From IMG/VR virus record IMGVR_UViG_3300001847_000332, positions 940-64,939 of that record: 64,000 nt of DNA. One strand, written 5' to 3'. The translations under genes were made by a program, and so were the position numbers. The DNA is from a virus (Duplodnaviria; Caudoviricetes). Under the pieces are notes generated by a model that saw nothing but the letters and a program-made list of their open reading frames with translations, was not told the origin of the DNA and made no database searches. Shown in pieces: positions 63,120 to 64,000 of this stretch (within the stretch, counting starts at the first letter, position 1; every line of letters starts with the position of its first letter).

Positions 63120-64000
63120 TCAATCCCCCAAAATTTTCATAAGGTCCTCGACCGAACCGCCTTCTACATAAGGCGTGACAAACCGCTTTTCTTGTTCCGG
63201 CGTGGCGAAGATGCTTTTACCACCAATATCGTAAACGTACTTGATGTCCGCAGGGGCCGCCTGCGGCACTTGTTGCGGCGCTGCCTGCTGTCCGCCAAAC
63301 CCACCCAGCAAGCCAAGCAAAGTGCCAAAATTAGCTTGTTGCTGCACGCCAGTGATCTGCCTACCTAGCGCAGCTTGCGCGGCCTGCTGTTGTTGTCCAA
63401 GTCCGGTAATTTGCTGGCCAATAGAACTGCCAAGCTGCCCGAGCTGTTGACCAAGGCCAGACTGACCTGCGGCAAGTTCGCGCAAGGCTTGACCGGTGGC
63501 GTCTTGATAAGACTGCCCTTGCTGCATCAGGTCAGTCACACGCTGATCAACTTGGCCAATCTGAGTACCCAGCTGTGCTTGGCCTTGCTTTAGCTCAGAC
63601 TGCGCTTGCTGGTTGGCTGCTTGATAGTCTTGTCCTTGGCGCATCAACTCCACAACACGGGCGTTGAAGTCAGTCTGCAGCTGGCCAATTTGTTGCCCCT
63701 GCGCTGCCTGTCCTGCGCCAAGCTGCGTTATCTGCTCCGCTGTCGATTTTTGATTGGCAGCAGCTTGTTTAGCTACTGCCTCAATACCCGCCTGTAAAGC
63801 TCTATCCGAATCCAACCCCGCTGCCCGCGCAGCGTCGAACTGCCGCTGAAACTCATCTCGCAATCCGCCGATTTGCTGTCCAGTACTTGCCGCCAACGCC
63901 GCCAAAGCTTTGTCGACATCCGATTGAGTCGGTGTGGGCGTAGGCGTAGGTGTGGGCGTAGGTGTGGGCGTAGGTGTGGGCGTAGGCGTAGGCGTAGGCG
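63120..64000 (-). CDS. C-terminal part of a large virion protein (start outside the window)
   Basis: Frame open to the window end through (PT)n; Gln-rich repeats; ends YVEGGSVEDLMKILGD. Confidence 0.75.
   Translation of the reverse strand, partial: PTPTPTPTPTPTPTPTPTPTPTPTQSDVDKALAALAASTGQQIGGLRDEFQRQFDAARAAGLDSDRALQAGIEAVAKQAAANQKSTAEQITQLGAGQAAQGQQIGQLQTDFNARVVELMRQGQDYQAANQQAQSELKQGQAQLGTQIGQVDQRVTDLMQQGQSYQDATGQALRELAAGQSGLGQQLGQLGSSIGQQITGLGQQQQAAQAALGRQITGVQQQANFGTLLGLLGGFGGQQAAPQQVPQAAPADIKYVYDIGGKSIFATPEQEKRFVTPYVEGGSVEDLMKILGD
63931..64000. repeat. hexamer repeat (GGYGTR)n encoding a Pro-Thr linker
   Basis: At least 11 consecutive units up to the window edge. Confidence 0.92.

Overview
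The window is almost a whole circularly permuted dsDNA tailed-phage genome. It is podovirus-like, with no RNA polymerase and no integrase seen; a Gram-negative host with sigma70 promoters is likely. The minus strand (29.3 kb down to 1, continuing from 64 kb down to 53.2 kb) carries the virion and lysis block: terminase, portal, GroES-like co-chaperonin, scaffold, major capsid, adaptors, two repeat-rich fibres with an adjacent glycosyltransferase and methyltransferase, holin, GH108 endolysin, a stabilisation protein and large ejection proteins including an LPD38-type polyvalent protein. The plus strand (29.7-53.2 kb) carries early accessory genes (MoxR-like AAA+, DUF2201/VWA, NinX-like, ArdA-like) and replication genes (PolA, SNF2 helicase, SSB-like, primase-helicase), with one antisense tRNA-Thr(UGU). 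The most unusual signals are non-coding: (1) twelve copies of the palindrome TCTAACGTTAGA confined to the early region; (2) a ~550-nt cluster of structured RNA modules at 45.85-46.39 kb, one loop of which is antisense to the phage's own recurrent RBS/start motif; (3) an inverted, codon-recoded copy of the capsid C-terminal motif just downstream of the capsid gene; (4) pseudoknotted leaders before a late gene and before the primase; (5) a recurrent [YFML]-x-x-G-G peptide motif shared by small basic proteins and ejection proteins. All family calls come from motif recognition by eye; no searches were run.
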